From Leucoraja erinacea (Eukaryota): DNA of 64,000 nucleotides. Of this stretch, positions 11,356 to 23,085 are shown piece by piece. Numbering within the stretch: the stretch's first letter is position 1; every line of letters begins with the position of its first letter. The notes beneath the pieces are model-generated. The model searched no databases. It had not been told where the DNA came from and was given only the letters and a program-made list of their open reading frames with translations. Both the position numbers and the translations under genes were made by a program. The stretch is taken from NCBI RefSeq assembly GCF_028641065.1, contig NC_073388.1, positions 46,686,001-46,750,000 of the forward strand. Direction: 5' to 3'.

Positions 11356-11758
11356 TATTAAATTTGTATAGTGTCTTTAATACCAATAGTGAGATTGGTG
11401 CAACACTATGATTCAGTTTTTGGTCCTGCTCCAGCCAGAGTGAGGGAAGCTTGAGGTAGTGAAATCAGCTCAGATCAGGTGCGAATCTTTGTGTTGGAAG
11501 GAAAGTCCTGTCTCACTGAAGGTTGGTCTTAGTTCCACCAAGTAGGAGAACCTAGATCGAAGAGCTTTATACTCCCCAATAATTTATTTTTGCCTCCAAC
11601 AAGAAGCCATGGCAAATAGATACTAAAGCTCTCAGTTGATAAAAAAAACATGCATATTAATTACTCAATTAGAAAATAATTTAAAAAAAAAACCACAATG
11701 TCCCCAAATAATCCTAATGATACTATTTAAAAACATTCAAAGTTGCATTATTGCTTAC

Positions 11759-11823
11759 CTTTAGTTAAAGGATGTGATTGTACATTAAGCCAATAGATTT
11801 GAAAGGATTGTGCTACAGTTGCG
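11759..11823 (-). CDS. Reeler-domain protein, coding exon 4
   Basis: catttcag acceptor, phase 2 to 1, ATVAQSFQIYWLNVQSHPLTK, donor GTAAGC; this is the Reeler C-terminal ATV...YW motif. Confidence 0.9.
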
Positions 11824-12918
11824 CTGAAATGGGACATAGAATGCAGTAAATAATTTTAATATCAAAAGCTATTGATTTATAAGAGACTTGTAAACGCACT
11901 CCCCACCATCTTGTTTCACTTGCTCCACCTGCCACTGAAGGCCTATTTATGAAACTAAGGACAGCGAAAACTATTCAATTGAAAAACCAACTGTGAATGA
12001 TCAGCTAGCATAGGAGCATAATCTAAGGATAGGTTTTGCCACTTAAGACTGAGATGCGAAGCTCCTTTATTGTGAGGGTTGTCGTTCTTTAGAATTCTAA
12101 ACACAGAGAGCTGTTCTTGCTCAGTTTTTGAGTTTATTCGACCGGGAGTGATCAATGCTTAAATACGAAGGAATTCAAGGCATGTTTGGTTCAGCCACGA
12201 ATATAGATTACAACCCAGCGGTATGAATATTGACTTCTCTAATTTCAAGTTTCACAGAAACTTGCTTTCCCTCTCTCCCCATCCCTCCCCCTTCCTAGTT
12301 CTCTGACCAGTCTGACTGTTCCCCTGATTACATTTTATCTGTTTGCTTTGTTGTCACCTTCTTATAGCTAACAAGGATCTATTCTACATTTTCCTTGAAC
12401 TGCATCACCTTTGATATCTCGTTTTCATACCCTACTCTTCCTTATCTCTGTGTCTCTCCCTCCTCGACTGTCAGTCTGAAGAAGGATCTCGACCTGAAAT
12501 GTCACCCATTCTTTCCATCCAGAGATGCTGCCGCTCCCGCTGAGTTACTCCAGTGTTTTGTGTCTACAATATAGATTTAATGAATAACTGGCCATATAAT
12601 TAACAGGCAATGCAGCATAAGGGTTTAAATAGCCCACTCTTACTTCATTTCTTTGTTCTCCTAAGTAGAGTACATAAAGAGGTAGGTTCTGTGACACAGC
12701 ATTAATACATCCAGTCATGCATAACTAAACCTGATTAATGAGGGTAGTGCCAAATTTTAACCAGTGTTCAAAGGAAACGATTCGCTCTCAACCCCGTTCT
12801 CCTGTCTTTGTTTCATAACCCCTGACACCCATAGTACATTTGAATTTTAAAAAAAATACAACCAACAAATAATTGTTATTGAATGACCAGTTTTAAATGA
12901 GTGATTTTGGATTTTACT

Positions 12919-13671
12919 GGGCGGCACAATTGCACACCTGGTGGAGCTGCTGTCTCACAGAACCAGTGACCCGGCTTTGATCCTACATGGAAACATAGAA
13001 ATTAGGTGCAGAAGTAGGCCATTCGGCCCTTTGAGCCTGCACCACCATTCAATATGATCATGGCTGATCATCCAACTCAGTATCCCGTACCTGCCTTCTC
13101 TCCATACCCTCTGATCCCCTTAGCCACAAGGGCCACATCTAACTCCCTCTTAAATATAGCCAATGAACTGGCCTCGACTACCCTCTGTGGCAGAGAGTTC
13201 CAGAGATTCACCACTCTCTGTGTGAAAAAAGTTCTTCTCATCTCAGTTTTAAAGGATTTCCCCCTTATCCTTAAGCTGTGACCCCTTGTCCTGGACTTCC
13301 CCAACATCGGGAGCAATCTTCCTGCATCTAGCCTGTCCAACCCCTTAAGAATTTTGTAAGTTTCTATAAGATCCCCCTCTCAATCTCCTAAATTCTAGAG
13401 AGTATAAACCAAGTCTATCCAGTCTTGACTGCTGTCTGTGTGGAGTTTGCACATTCTCTCTGTGACCACGTAGGTTTCCTCTGGGTGATCAAACTTCCTT
13501 CCACATCCTGAACATGTAGGTTTCTAGGTTAATTGGCCTCTAGTATGTAGGGAGTGGATGCCACTAGTGTGTAGAGAGTAGGTGCAAAATTGGGATAAAA
13601 TTGGCAGACTGTTGTGAACGGGTGATAAATGGGCCGAAAGACTTGTTTCCATGCTCTATCTCTAAAACTAA
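12919..13671 (+). mobile_element. HE1-like tRNA-derived V-SINE interrupted by a CR1/HER1 3' fragment (about 12985-13425, -)
   Basis: gggcggcac...gctgtctcacag head, V-domain gctgtctgtgtggagtttgcacattctc, LINE-like tail. The insert encodes FFTQRVVNLWNSLP. Confidence 0.8.
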
Positions 13672-13724
13672 GCTAGTAATGGTCACTTTTTTTTATTTTG
13701 ATATTTTTCCTGTATATTCACATT

Positions 13725-14715
13725 TATAGGTTCTAGGAGCACGATTAGAACATCTTTCTGATCAAGTCTACTCCTCAATTTAATCATGGGTGATCTATCT
13801 TTCCCTCTCAACCCCGTTCTCCTGTCTTTGCCTCATAACCCCTGACACCCTTACTAATCAAGAATCTGTCAATCTCCACCTTAAAAATATCCATTGACTT
13901 GGCCTCCACAGCTGTTTGTGGCAATGAATTCCACGGATTCACCACCCTCTGACTAAACAAATTCCTTCTTGCCTCCTTTCTAAATGTACGTCCTTTTCTT
14001 CTGAGCCTATGACCTCTGGTCCTAGACTCTCCCACTAGTGGAAACATCTTCTCCATAGTCACTCGATTCAGGCCTTTGACTATTCAGTAAGTTTTGATGA
14101 AGCCGTTCCTCATTTCTAAATTCCAGAGAGCACAGGCCCAGTGCCTTTCAAACACTCATCGTATGTTAACCCAATCATTCCAGGGATAATTCCCGTAAAC
14201 CTTCTGTGGACCATCTACAGAGCCAGCACATCCTTCTTCAGATATAGGGCCCAAAACTGCTCACAACACTCCAAATGCGGTATGACCAGCGCCTTTTAGA
14301 GCCTCTGCATTACATCCCTGTTTTTGTATTCTAGCCCTCTCAAAATAAATGCTAGCATTGCATTTGCCTTCCTCACTATCGATTCGACTCACAAATTAAC
14401 TTTTTGGGAGTTCTGCACCAGCACTCCCATGTCCCTTTGCACCTACGATTTCTGAATTCTTTCCCCATTTAGAAAATAGTCTGTACCTTTATTCCTTCTA
14501 CTAAAAATACATGACTCCTGTATTCCATTTGCTACTTCTCAGCCCACTCTCCCAACCTGTCCAAGTCTTTCTGCAGAGTCCCTGCTTTCCACTCTACATG
14601 CCCCCTCCACCTATCTTCGTATCATCTGCAAACATGGCCACAAAGTCTTCAATTCCCTCATCCAATTCATTGATATACACCGTGAAGAGTGACGAACCCT
14701 GTACTGACTCCTGTG
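13725..14715 (-). mobile_element. CR1/HER1 LINE 3' fragment
   Basis: RT remnant and LFSQRVVNPWNSLP C-terminus. Confidence 0.85.
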
Positions 14716-14854
14716 GAATATTCCCACCCCTTTTTGTTAAAATGGTTTCACATCTTTGTCAGAATGTCCTCCATTGGCTAATTGGTTGTGGTAGCAAGCG
14801 CAAAATTCATTTCATTTGATATGGACCCAAAGAAAAACTACTTCTCTGTCAGGT

Positions 14855-14855
<1 letters not shown>

Positions 14856-14885
<30 letters not shown>
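14856..14885. repeat. (CTG/CAG)n microsatellite, about 10 units
   Basis: tgctgctgctg... read directly. Confidence 0.95.
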
Positions 14886-15017
14886 GACGTAAGTTTGTTA
14901 CTAAACATGAAATAAGAATGCTCAGCACCAACAAGCAGTAATGGAGTTGAAGACTGATATTTAACCAGAGACATTTTCTGCATTGTTTTTCGGACTATTG
15001 TCACACGTAATACATAC

Positions 15018-15133
15018 ACAAATTTAACAGCAGTGGGACAGGCAGAGTCAGGAGGGACCCATGCAAAGGTGACGGAATTGTTCCGGGGCGATGTGTCCAG
15101 ATGGGTAACGGCAGACCTTGCGATTCCAAAGCA
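15018..15133 (-). CDS. Reeler-domain protein, coding exon 3
   Basis: ttttaattcag acceptor, CFGIARSAVTHLDTSPRNNSVTFAWVPPDSACPTAVKF(V), donor GTATGT; contains the Reeler C...AVTH...W.PP motif. Confidence 0.92.
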
Positions 15134-15235
15134 CTGAATTAAAAAAGAGATATCAAACGCTGGAATAGATTTGTGGATGACAAATTAAAAATTGTATGAA
15201 CTGAACAGTTTTGAGTTTGCCGTTTCAGACTCTAC

Positions 15236-15348
15236 CTGCAGCAGCTGGGTGTTTTCAGGTGGGATTTGCCATGATCCTAGTGGTGTGCTGCTTCCATCTC
15301 TTCGGGCTACGAGCAAGAAACCATTGTATTGTGGCCCCAGTATTTGAA
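15236..15348 (-). CDS. Reeler-domain protein, coding exon 2
   Basis: aacttcag acceptor, (V)QILGPQYNGFLLVARRDGSSTPLGSWQIPPENTQLLQ, donor GTAGAG; contains the Reeler GFLL.AR...G.W motif. Confidence 0.92.
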
Positions 15349-15569
15349 CTGAAGTTAAGAGTCAAGAGTGTTTTATTGTCATATGGCCCAGATAGAACAA
15401 TGACATTCTTACTTGCTGCAGCACAACAGAATATGTAAAGATAATACACTAAACAATATGATAAACGAGAGAGGAAAAAAACGTTCAGTGTGTACACACA
15501 CACACACACAAAAACAAACAATAGTAGTGCAATAATAATAACAGTTTATTGTAGTTCAGAGCTTAGTTA

Positions 15570-17630
15570 ACCATATAACAATTACAGCATGGAAACAGGC
15601 CATCTCGGCCCTTCTAGTCCGTGCCGAACACTTATTCTCCCCTAGTCCCATCTACCTGCACTCAGACCATAACCCTCCATTCCTTTCCCGGCCATATAAC
15701 TATCCAATTAATTTTTAAATTATAAAATCGAACCTGCCTCCACCACCTCCACTGGAAGCTAATTCCACACAGCTACCACTCTCTGAGTAAAGAAGTTCCC
15801 CCTCATGTTACCCCAAAACTTCTGTCCCTTAATTCTCAAGTCATGTCCTCTTGTTTGAATCTTCCCTACTCTCAGTGGGAAAAGCTTATCCACGTCAACT
15901 CTGTCTATCCCTCTCATCATTTTAAAGACCTCTATCAAGTCCCCCCTTAACCTTCTGCGCTCCAAAGAATAAAGACCTAACTTGTTCAACCACAAATTAG
16001 ATCAACCCAGCGGTCTGTAACTTAGTTGCTGAAACCCAGCCAACATTCTAGTAAATCTCCTCTGTACTCTCTCTATTTTGTTGACATCCTTCCTACAATT
16101 AGGCGACCAAAATTGTACACCACACTCCAGAATTGGCCTCACCAAAGCCTTGTACAATTTTAACATTACATCCCAACTTCTATACTCAATGCTCTGATTT
16201 ATAAAGGCCAGCACACCAAAAGCTTTCTTTACCACCCTATCTACATGAGATTCCACCTTCAGGAAACTGTGCACAGTTATTCCTAGATCCCTCTGTTCAA
16301 CTGCATTCCTCAATTCACTACCATTTAGCATGTACGTCCTATTTTGATTTGTCCTGCCAAGATGTAGCACCTCACACTTATCAGCATTAAACTCCATCTG
16401 CCATCTTTCAGCCCACTCTTCCAAATGGTCTAAATCTCTCTGTAGACTGTGAAAATCTACTTCATTATCCACAACACCACCTATCTTAGTATCATCTGCA
16501 TACTTACTAATCCAATTTACCACACCATCATCCAGATCATTGATGTACATGACAAACAACAGTGGACCCAACACAGATCCCTGTGGCACCCCACTAGTCA
16601 CCGGCCTCCAACCTGACAAACAGCCATCCACCATTGCTCTCTGGCATCTCCCATTCAGCCACTGTTGAATCCATCTTGCTACTCCACCATTAATACCCAC
16701 AATTGAACCTTCTTAACCAACCTTCCATGAGGAACCTTGCCAAAGGCCTTACTGAAGTCCATATAGACAACATCCACTGCTTTACCCTCATCAATTTCCC
16801 GAGTAACCTCTTCAAAAAATTCTAGAAGATTAGTCAAACATGACCTTCAAGGCACAAATCCATGTTGACTGTTCCTAATCAGACCCTGTTTATCCAGATG
16901 CTTATATATATTATCTCTAGTATCCTTTCCTTTAATTTGCCCACCACTGACGTCAAACTAACAGGTCTATAATTGCTAGGTTTACTCTTAGAATCCTTTT
17001 TAAACAATGGAACAACATGCGCAGTACGCCAATCCTCCGGCACTATTCCCGTTTCTAATGACAATTTAAATATTTCTGTCATAGCCCCTGCTATTTCTAC
17101 ACTAACTTCCCTCAATGTCCTAGGAAATATCCTGTCAGGACCTGGAGACTTATCCACTTTAATATTTTTCAAAAGTGTCAGTACTTCCTCTTCTTTCAAT
17201 CTCATAGTTTCCATAGCTACTCTACTTGTTTCCCTTACCTCACACAATTCAATATCCTTCTCCTTGGTGAATACCGAAGAAAATAAATTGTTCAATATCT
17301 CCCCCATCTCTTTTGGCTCTGCAGATAGCTGTCCACTCTGACTCTCTAATGGACCAATTTTATCCCTCGTTATCTTTTTGCTATTAATATAGCTGTAGAA
17401 ACCCTTTGGATTTACTTTCACCTTACTTGCCAAAGCTACCTCATATCTTTTAGCTTTTCCAATTTCTTTCTTAAGATTCTTTTTACATTCTTTATACTCA
17501 AGCACCTCATTTACTCCCTGCTGCCTATAATTATTGTAGATCTCTCTCTTTTTCCAAACCAAGTGTCCAATTTCCCTTGAAAACCATGGTTCTTTCAAAT
17601 TTTTACTATTTTCTTTCAACCGAATAGGGA
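15570..17630 (-). mobile_element. CR1/HER1 LINE, about 2 kb, 5'-truncated, frameshifted RT
   Basis: ORFs 16879-17646, 16002-16700 and 15759-15995 contain KSPGPD, NYRPVSLTS, GVPQGSVLGPLLF and YADD. Confidence 0.93.
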
Positions 17631-18759
17631 CAGCTGTAAACAGCAATAGCAGGAGATTACACTTTCATAATTCAATAGAACTTTATAATATGTACATAAT
17701 TGATATACAGAGCTGTGCATAAACCTGTGTCCTAACCGGTTTCCATATTTTTCTACCAATGGACTGATGCCATTTGGCCTATTGAGCTCACAGTAATCCC
17801 ATATCTCTACTATTTGTACCAGCTATGCTCGGCTGAAGCAAGGTTTATTTTTGGACTGGAGGACTGTGATTAGTGGTGTGCCTCAGAGATCGGTGCTGGG
17901 CCCATGGCTATTTGTGGTTTATGTCAGCGATGTGAAGGAGAATATACAAGGGATGTCTTTCGATGACCTAGGTGATATTGTAGACAGCATAGATGGTTGT
18001 CAACAATTGCAGCAGGATCTTGATTAGCTGGACAAGTGCTGGAATCCTGCACCTAGCCTGTCCAACCCATTAATAATTGTGAAGAAGGGTTCCCTTAATA
18101 ATTCTGAAGAAGGCTTTCGGCCCGAAACGTTGCCTATCTCCTTCGCTCCATAGATGCTGCTGCACCCGCTGAATTTTTCCTGCATTTTTGTGTACCTTCG
18201 ATTTTCCAGCACCTGCAGTTCCTTCCTAAACCCTTAATAATTGTATATGTTTCTATAAGATTCCCTCTCATCCTTCTAAATTCCAGGGAATATAAGCCCA
18301 GTCTATCCATTCATTCGTCATTTGTCAATCCCGCCATGGGGAATTTGGTGAACCTATGCTGCACTCCCTCAATAGCAAGAATGTCCATCCTCAAATTAGG
18401 AGATGTAAAAAAATAAATCTATTGAAATATTGGATGGCAGGATCTATCCTTGATCAATGTCATTAAAAATGCAAAATGTGGTTGTTGTTACATTACTTCC
18501 TGAGTGCACTTGTCGCTGCTCCTTTTCCTACATTACAACTCGTAACTTTGAAACCAGTTGTAAAGAAGTTTGGGATATTGTTAAATAGAGTGCAGTGCTA
18601 CATATATGCACGTTTTCCTTGTTTAAAGGAAACAACAAAGATCTACTGTAAATCCTAGGAATGTGAACTGGAGGATTACGTCCCCTTCTCCACAACTCTT
18701 CACCACTGCCGGGGCACATGGAGACGTGAGAAGAGGAGCATAATTCTTGTAATTTCTTT

Positions 18760-19160
18760 AAGAAGGAACTGCAGATGCTGGAAAATCGAAGGTACACAAA
18801 AATGCTGGAGAAACTCAGCGGGTGCAGCAGCATCTATGGAGCGAAGGAAATAGGCAATGTTTTGGGCCGAAACCCTTCGAAGGAAATGGGCAACGTTTCG
18901 GGCCGAAATCCTTCCGAAGTAAATAGACAACGTTTCAGGCCGAAACCCTTCCGAAGTAAATAGAAAGGAAATAGGCAATGTTTCGGGCCGAAACCCTTCC
19001 AAAGGAAATAGGCAACGTTTCAGGCCGAAACCCTTCCGAAGGAAATAGGCAGCGTTTCGGGTCGAAATCCTTGAAGGGTTTCGGCCCAAAACATTGCCCA
19101 TTTCCTTCGCTCCATAGATGCTGCTGCACCCACTGAGTTTCTCCAGCATTTTTGTGTACC
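18760..19160. mobile_element. Penelope-derived fold-back mini-element with an internal ~37-nt tandem array
   Basis: Inverted arms; six copies of aaggaaataggcaacgtttcgggccgaaacccttccg; TSD ttcttgtaatttcttt at 18744-18759 and 19161-19176. Confidence 0.85.
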
Positions 19161-20143
19161 TTCTTGTAATTTCTTTCTCTGATTGCTTTATATTTAGAAA
19201 TGTGAGAGTGAGATTGTATGGTGGTGATCTGTGAACTGAGTGGTTGGGTCATGGGAAATAAACAAATCTCACGTCTAAACAGTAAATAAGGAGAACTTGT
19301 TTCCTTTACAGGTGCAGCCCCAGAAGTTATGGGTTTAAAATACGTGACTAAAGAACCAAAAGTCACGTGAAAAAAATTGTCCAAGCAACGTATAGTTTTG
19401 ATCTGGATTACACTGCATACCAAAGAGTTTGTTCATTGGTCTGAAAGAAAATCGAATAAGTAATTGGAGGAAAAAAGCACAAAGAACATGAAATGTAACA
19501 AAGATAGACACAAAAAGCTGGAGTAACTCAGCGGGACAGGCAGTGTCGCTAGAGAAAAGGAATAGGTCACGTTTCGGGTCGAGACCCCTAGACCAAGTTT
19601 GAAGATGGGTCTCGACCCAAAATGTCATCCATTCCTTCTCTCCAGAGATGCTGCCTGTCCCGCTGAGTTACTCCAGCATTTTGTGTCTATGGTTTAAATC
19701 AGCACCTGCAGTTCCTTCCTACACATGAAATGTTACAAATTGGATCACTAAAAACACAGGCATGAGCTTCAAATGGACTGATTATGTTTTTCTAGACTGG
19801 ACAGTAGGTCTAAAACTTGATGTAAATTATGGTTCACTGAGTTTCAATCATTGGAAAGCTTCCCAACATACATTATTTTAATTTAATGATGTACTTGTAC
19901 ATGTATTGTAAATGCTCATTACACAAGTAATCTCAGTCTGAAGAAGGGTTTTGGCCCGAAACGTGGCCTATTTCCTTCGCTCCATTGATGCTGCCTCACC
20001 CACTGAGTTTCTCCAGCATTTTTGTCTACCAGTAAACTATATTTGTCTTAACAGGTAAGGCATTAACTGTAGCACGAGGAGATGTCAATGCAGAGTATTT
20101 TTAACTAGGCAGGGAGTATCTCCTGCGTTACACAGAAACTTAC

Positions 20144-20345
20144 CTCGTACTGGCTTGCCGGGGTGAAAGACGCTTGCTTCGGGTTCGACAGTATAGGGGG
20201 CCGCGTTAGACTGTGGCACAACTCCAGCATGCCTGGGCATCATGCTTTCACACGCTGATAAGGGAGCACCATTAGGGAAGCATCTGCTCAGGCTGGAAAA
20301 TGTCAGAAACACAACGCAATACACGACAAAATCTCTGCAGACCAT
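20144..20345 (-). CDS. Reeler-domain protein (putative defense-protein / FRRS1-N-like), coding exon 1 with signal peptide
   Basis: MVCRDFVVYCVVFLTFSSLSRC|FPNGAPLSACESMMPRH...PYTVE; donor GTAAGT at 20143. The five exons join in frame (202+113+116+65+101 = 597 nt, 198 aa). Confidence 0.92.
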
Positions 20346-22169
20346 TTCTGATGCTCTCTGCCTGATGCTTCCATGAGCAAGACCATCTGTGAAATAGGCT
20401 GGCTAAGTTTTTTAATTGGATACGAAAGGCAGTATTTTGCTGACTCATAGTAAAAAAAAAAAATATTTTTGAGTTTTCATCTCAATAGTTCCAAGCAGAG
20501 CTGCAATTATTCTCAGTCAGGTATTTCTTGAGTTACACCTGTGAAAACATTCTAATCGTTGGTTAGGTTTTCACAAAGGACCTTTTTTTCTAACAAACAG
20601 CTGTATTTGATGTCCTTTTATCATCCCTGACATTACTTCAAAGGAGAGAGGAATTCCTGCTTGAGTACCTCGGAATGAAATGAATGGCGGCATTTACTAA
20701 AAAGGGAACCTCACGAGAGGGAGGTGGATTCATGTCATCGCTTTGCTTTCAATACTGACAAAGAAATGGAGATACTATTGCCTCTCGTCTTTGTGCCAGA
20801 ACATTGTGGGATCAAGTCCAACTAAGGACAGGCAGCTTCTTCAATACAGTACTGTGTTTAATGCCATCAGAGGGCCAGCTCTCTGATTAGATACTAAATG
20901 AAGTCCTTCACTGCCTTCTTGATGAGTTTATAAGACCTTGTGCATTATTTTGAAGAGCATGGGTTTGATCCTGTGTCTTGACCAATATTTCTCCCTCGAT
21001 GTCAGTGTAACAGTTTTGTTTTGTTATTTCTCATTTGTGGGAATCTATTAGTGCAAGTTGACCACCATGCTCCTTTCATAACTACGTGAACTACACATCC
21101 AAGGTACGTTGTAAAGGGGTTTTAGAAGGTTCCTTTTAGAACACCTTTATTGCGCTGGTTCCCAATCTCCAGCCCTGTCCCAAAATTGGGCCGCAAAGGA
21201 TTGAAACTGGAACGTGAAGGGGAACTACAAAATCTTTATTTCATATAGCAGTCTGAGAAGGGTCCTGTCCCGAAACAACACCCATCCTTTTTCTCCAGAG
21301 ATGCTGCCTGACCCGCTGAGTTACTCCAGCACTTTGTGTCTATCTTTGGTATAAACCAACATCTGCAGTTCCTTTCTACAGTAAACCAACATCTGCAGTC
21401 CCACTGCGGCAACTTAATCTGCGAGTTTAGAAGAGTTTGCTGCTCGCATATCCTAAAGGTGTGGTGGCCTGTTGACTTCTGTTGACCTATTTGACCACTG
21501 GATTTCCCATGTCGCTCTTTTTTTTTGTTCCAGATTCCAGTGCCTCCAGCCTCTAGTGGTTGGAACCCCATTTGCCTGCATTAGGTCCTTACCCAGTCAA
21601 ATGCCAGTCCAAGAGTATTTTGAACATAGTGATTGTATCTGACCCTACCACCTCCTCTGCCAACCAGTTCTGGAATCAACCACGTCAGAATATACAAGGA
21701 GGAAAGACACAAAATGTTGGAGTAACTCAGTGGGTCAGGCAGCATCTCTGGAGAAAAGGAATAGGTGACTTTCCAGTCGAGACTCTTCTTCAGACTGAGA
21801 ATCAGGGAGGAGGGAAACTAGAGGTATGTAAAGGTACAGAACAAATCAGAGCCGGCACAAATGGTCAAGGAGCTAATGACTTGTTCCTCCTTTGTATCCA
21901 GTACAGAATTTCCCCTTAAATCCCCAACAAAATCTTTCCTGCTCACCTTAAGCCGTTCAATGGTTCTTTATTGTCACAGCAATGTCTGCACAGCATAGTG
22001 AGATTCTTTTGCACAACCCACAAACGCGCAGTCACCATATTTTGGCACCATTTACAAAGAAAAAGAAAAAAGTCCAATGTCCCTCATGTATTTGATACAC
22101 CCTTTAGCCCTTGCTCTCAAATAAAGGTAACAGCCCTTAAGGTGGGGAGATCAGACAACTGCTCAGTTA

Positions 22170-22610
22170 GCAAAGTTGCCAAACATGTCAACTCCCATTC
22201 CCACACTGACCTTTCTGTCCTGGGCCTCCTCCATTGACAGAGTGAGGCCCAGCACAAATTGGAAGAACAGCACCTCATATTTAGCTTGGGCATCTTATAC
22301 CCCAGCAGTATGAACATTGACTTCCCTAACTTCAAGTAACCCTTGCTTTCCTTCTCTCTCCATCCCCCCCCCCCCCCCTCCTCCCCCATCCTAGTTCTCC
22401 AACCAGTCTGACTGTCCCTCTGATTAAATTTTATCTTTGTATGCTTCGTTGTTAACTTCCCCAAGCTAACAATGAACTATTTTACATTATCCTTGAAACA
22501 TATCCCCTTTGATGTCTCGTTTTCACACCTTACCCTTCCTTATCTCTGTGTCTCCCTCTCCCCTGACTCTCAGTCTGAAGAAAGGTCTTGACCCGAAACA
22601 TCACCCATTC
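22170..22610 (+). mobile_element. Penelope-like element 3' fragment (second subfamily)
   Basis: HVNSHSHTDLSVLGLLH remnant, then ctgaagaaaggtcttgacccgaaacatc. Confidence 0.75.
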
Positions 22611-22955
22611 CTTAAACGCGTGGAGTTCCGCTCCACAGCTTCACTCCACAATGAAGCCGGTTCCGATCTCTCAGTAGGTCCAAGACTTCGGCATTCCTTG
22701 CAATGTCGGCGTTTAGCGGCTAAATCTAGACATTTTCCCGCAAGTTCCAGACCATTTTGTGGGGCAATAGCGGTCTGTGGGATATAATGGTGCATAGATT
22801 GTGGTTTGTAGATGGGAGCTGCTAAATGCGTTAATCTCAAAAGACATACTTTGGTCTGATGTAGCTGGCAGAGTTATGGAGCCGTACAGTACGGTAAGGG
22901 GCCCTTCGGCCCACCACATCGTGTCAAGCCGAGTTCATTGTGCGATACAGATACA

Positions 22956-23085
22956 GGGCGGCACGATGGCGCAGTGGTAGAGTTGCTGCCTTACAGATCC
23001 GGGTTTGATACTGACTACGGGTGCTGTCTGTACAGAGTTTGTATGTTCTCCCCGTGACCTGTGTGGGTTTTCTCTGGGATCTTCA
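22956..23085 (+). mobile_element. HE1-like SINE 5' part
   Basis: gggcggcacgatggcgcagtggtagagttgctgcc (box A), gggtttgatact (box B), V-domain. Confidence 0.8.

Noticed and set aside
18845-19075. CRISPR-like array of ~37-nt partly palindromic repeats
   Set aside because: The units are contiguous with no unique spacers, derive from a Penelope 3' end, and lie in a vertebrate intron with no cas genes.
8834-20345. Calling the Reeler gene FRRS1, RELN or SPON1
   Set aside because: The CDS stops right after the Reeler domain and a hydrophobic tail, with none of the other domains, so no symbol was assigned.
22956-23030. Possible tRNA gene
   Set aside because: Box A/B-like head continues into a V-SINE body with no full cloverleaf; it is an HE1-like SINE.
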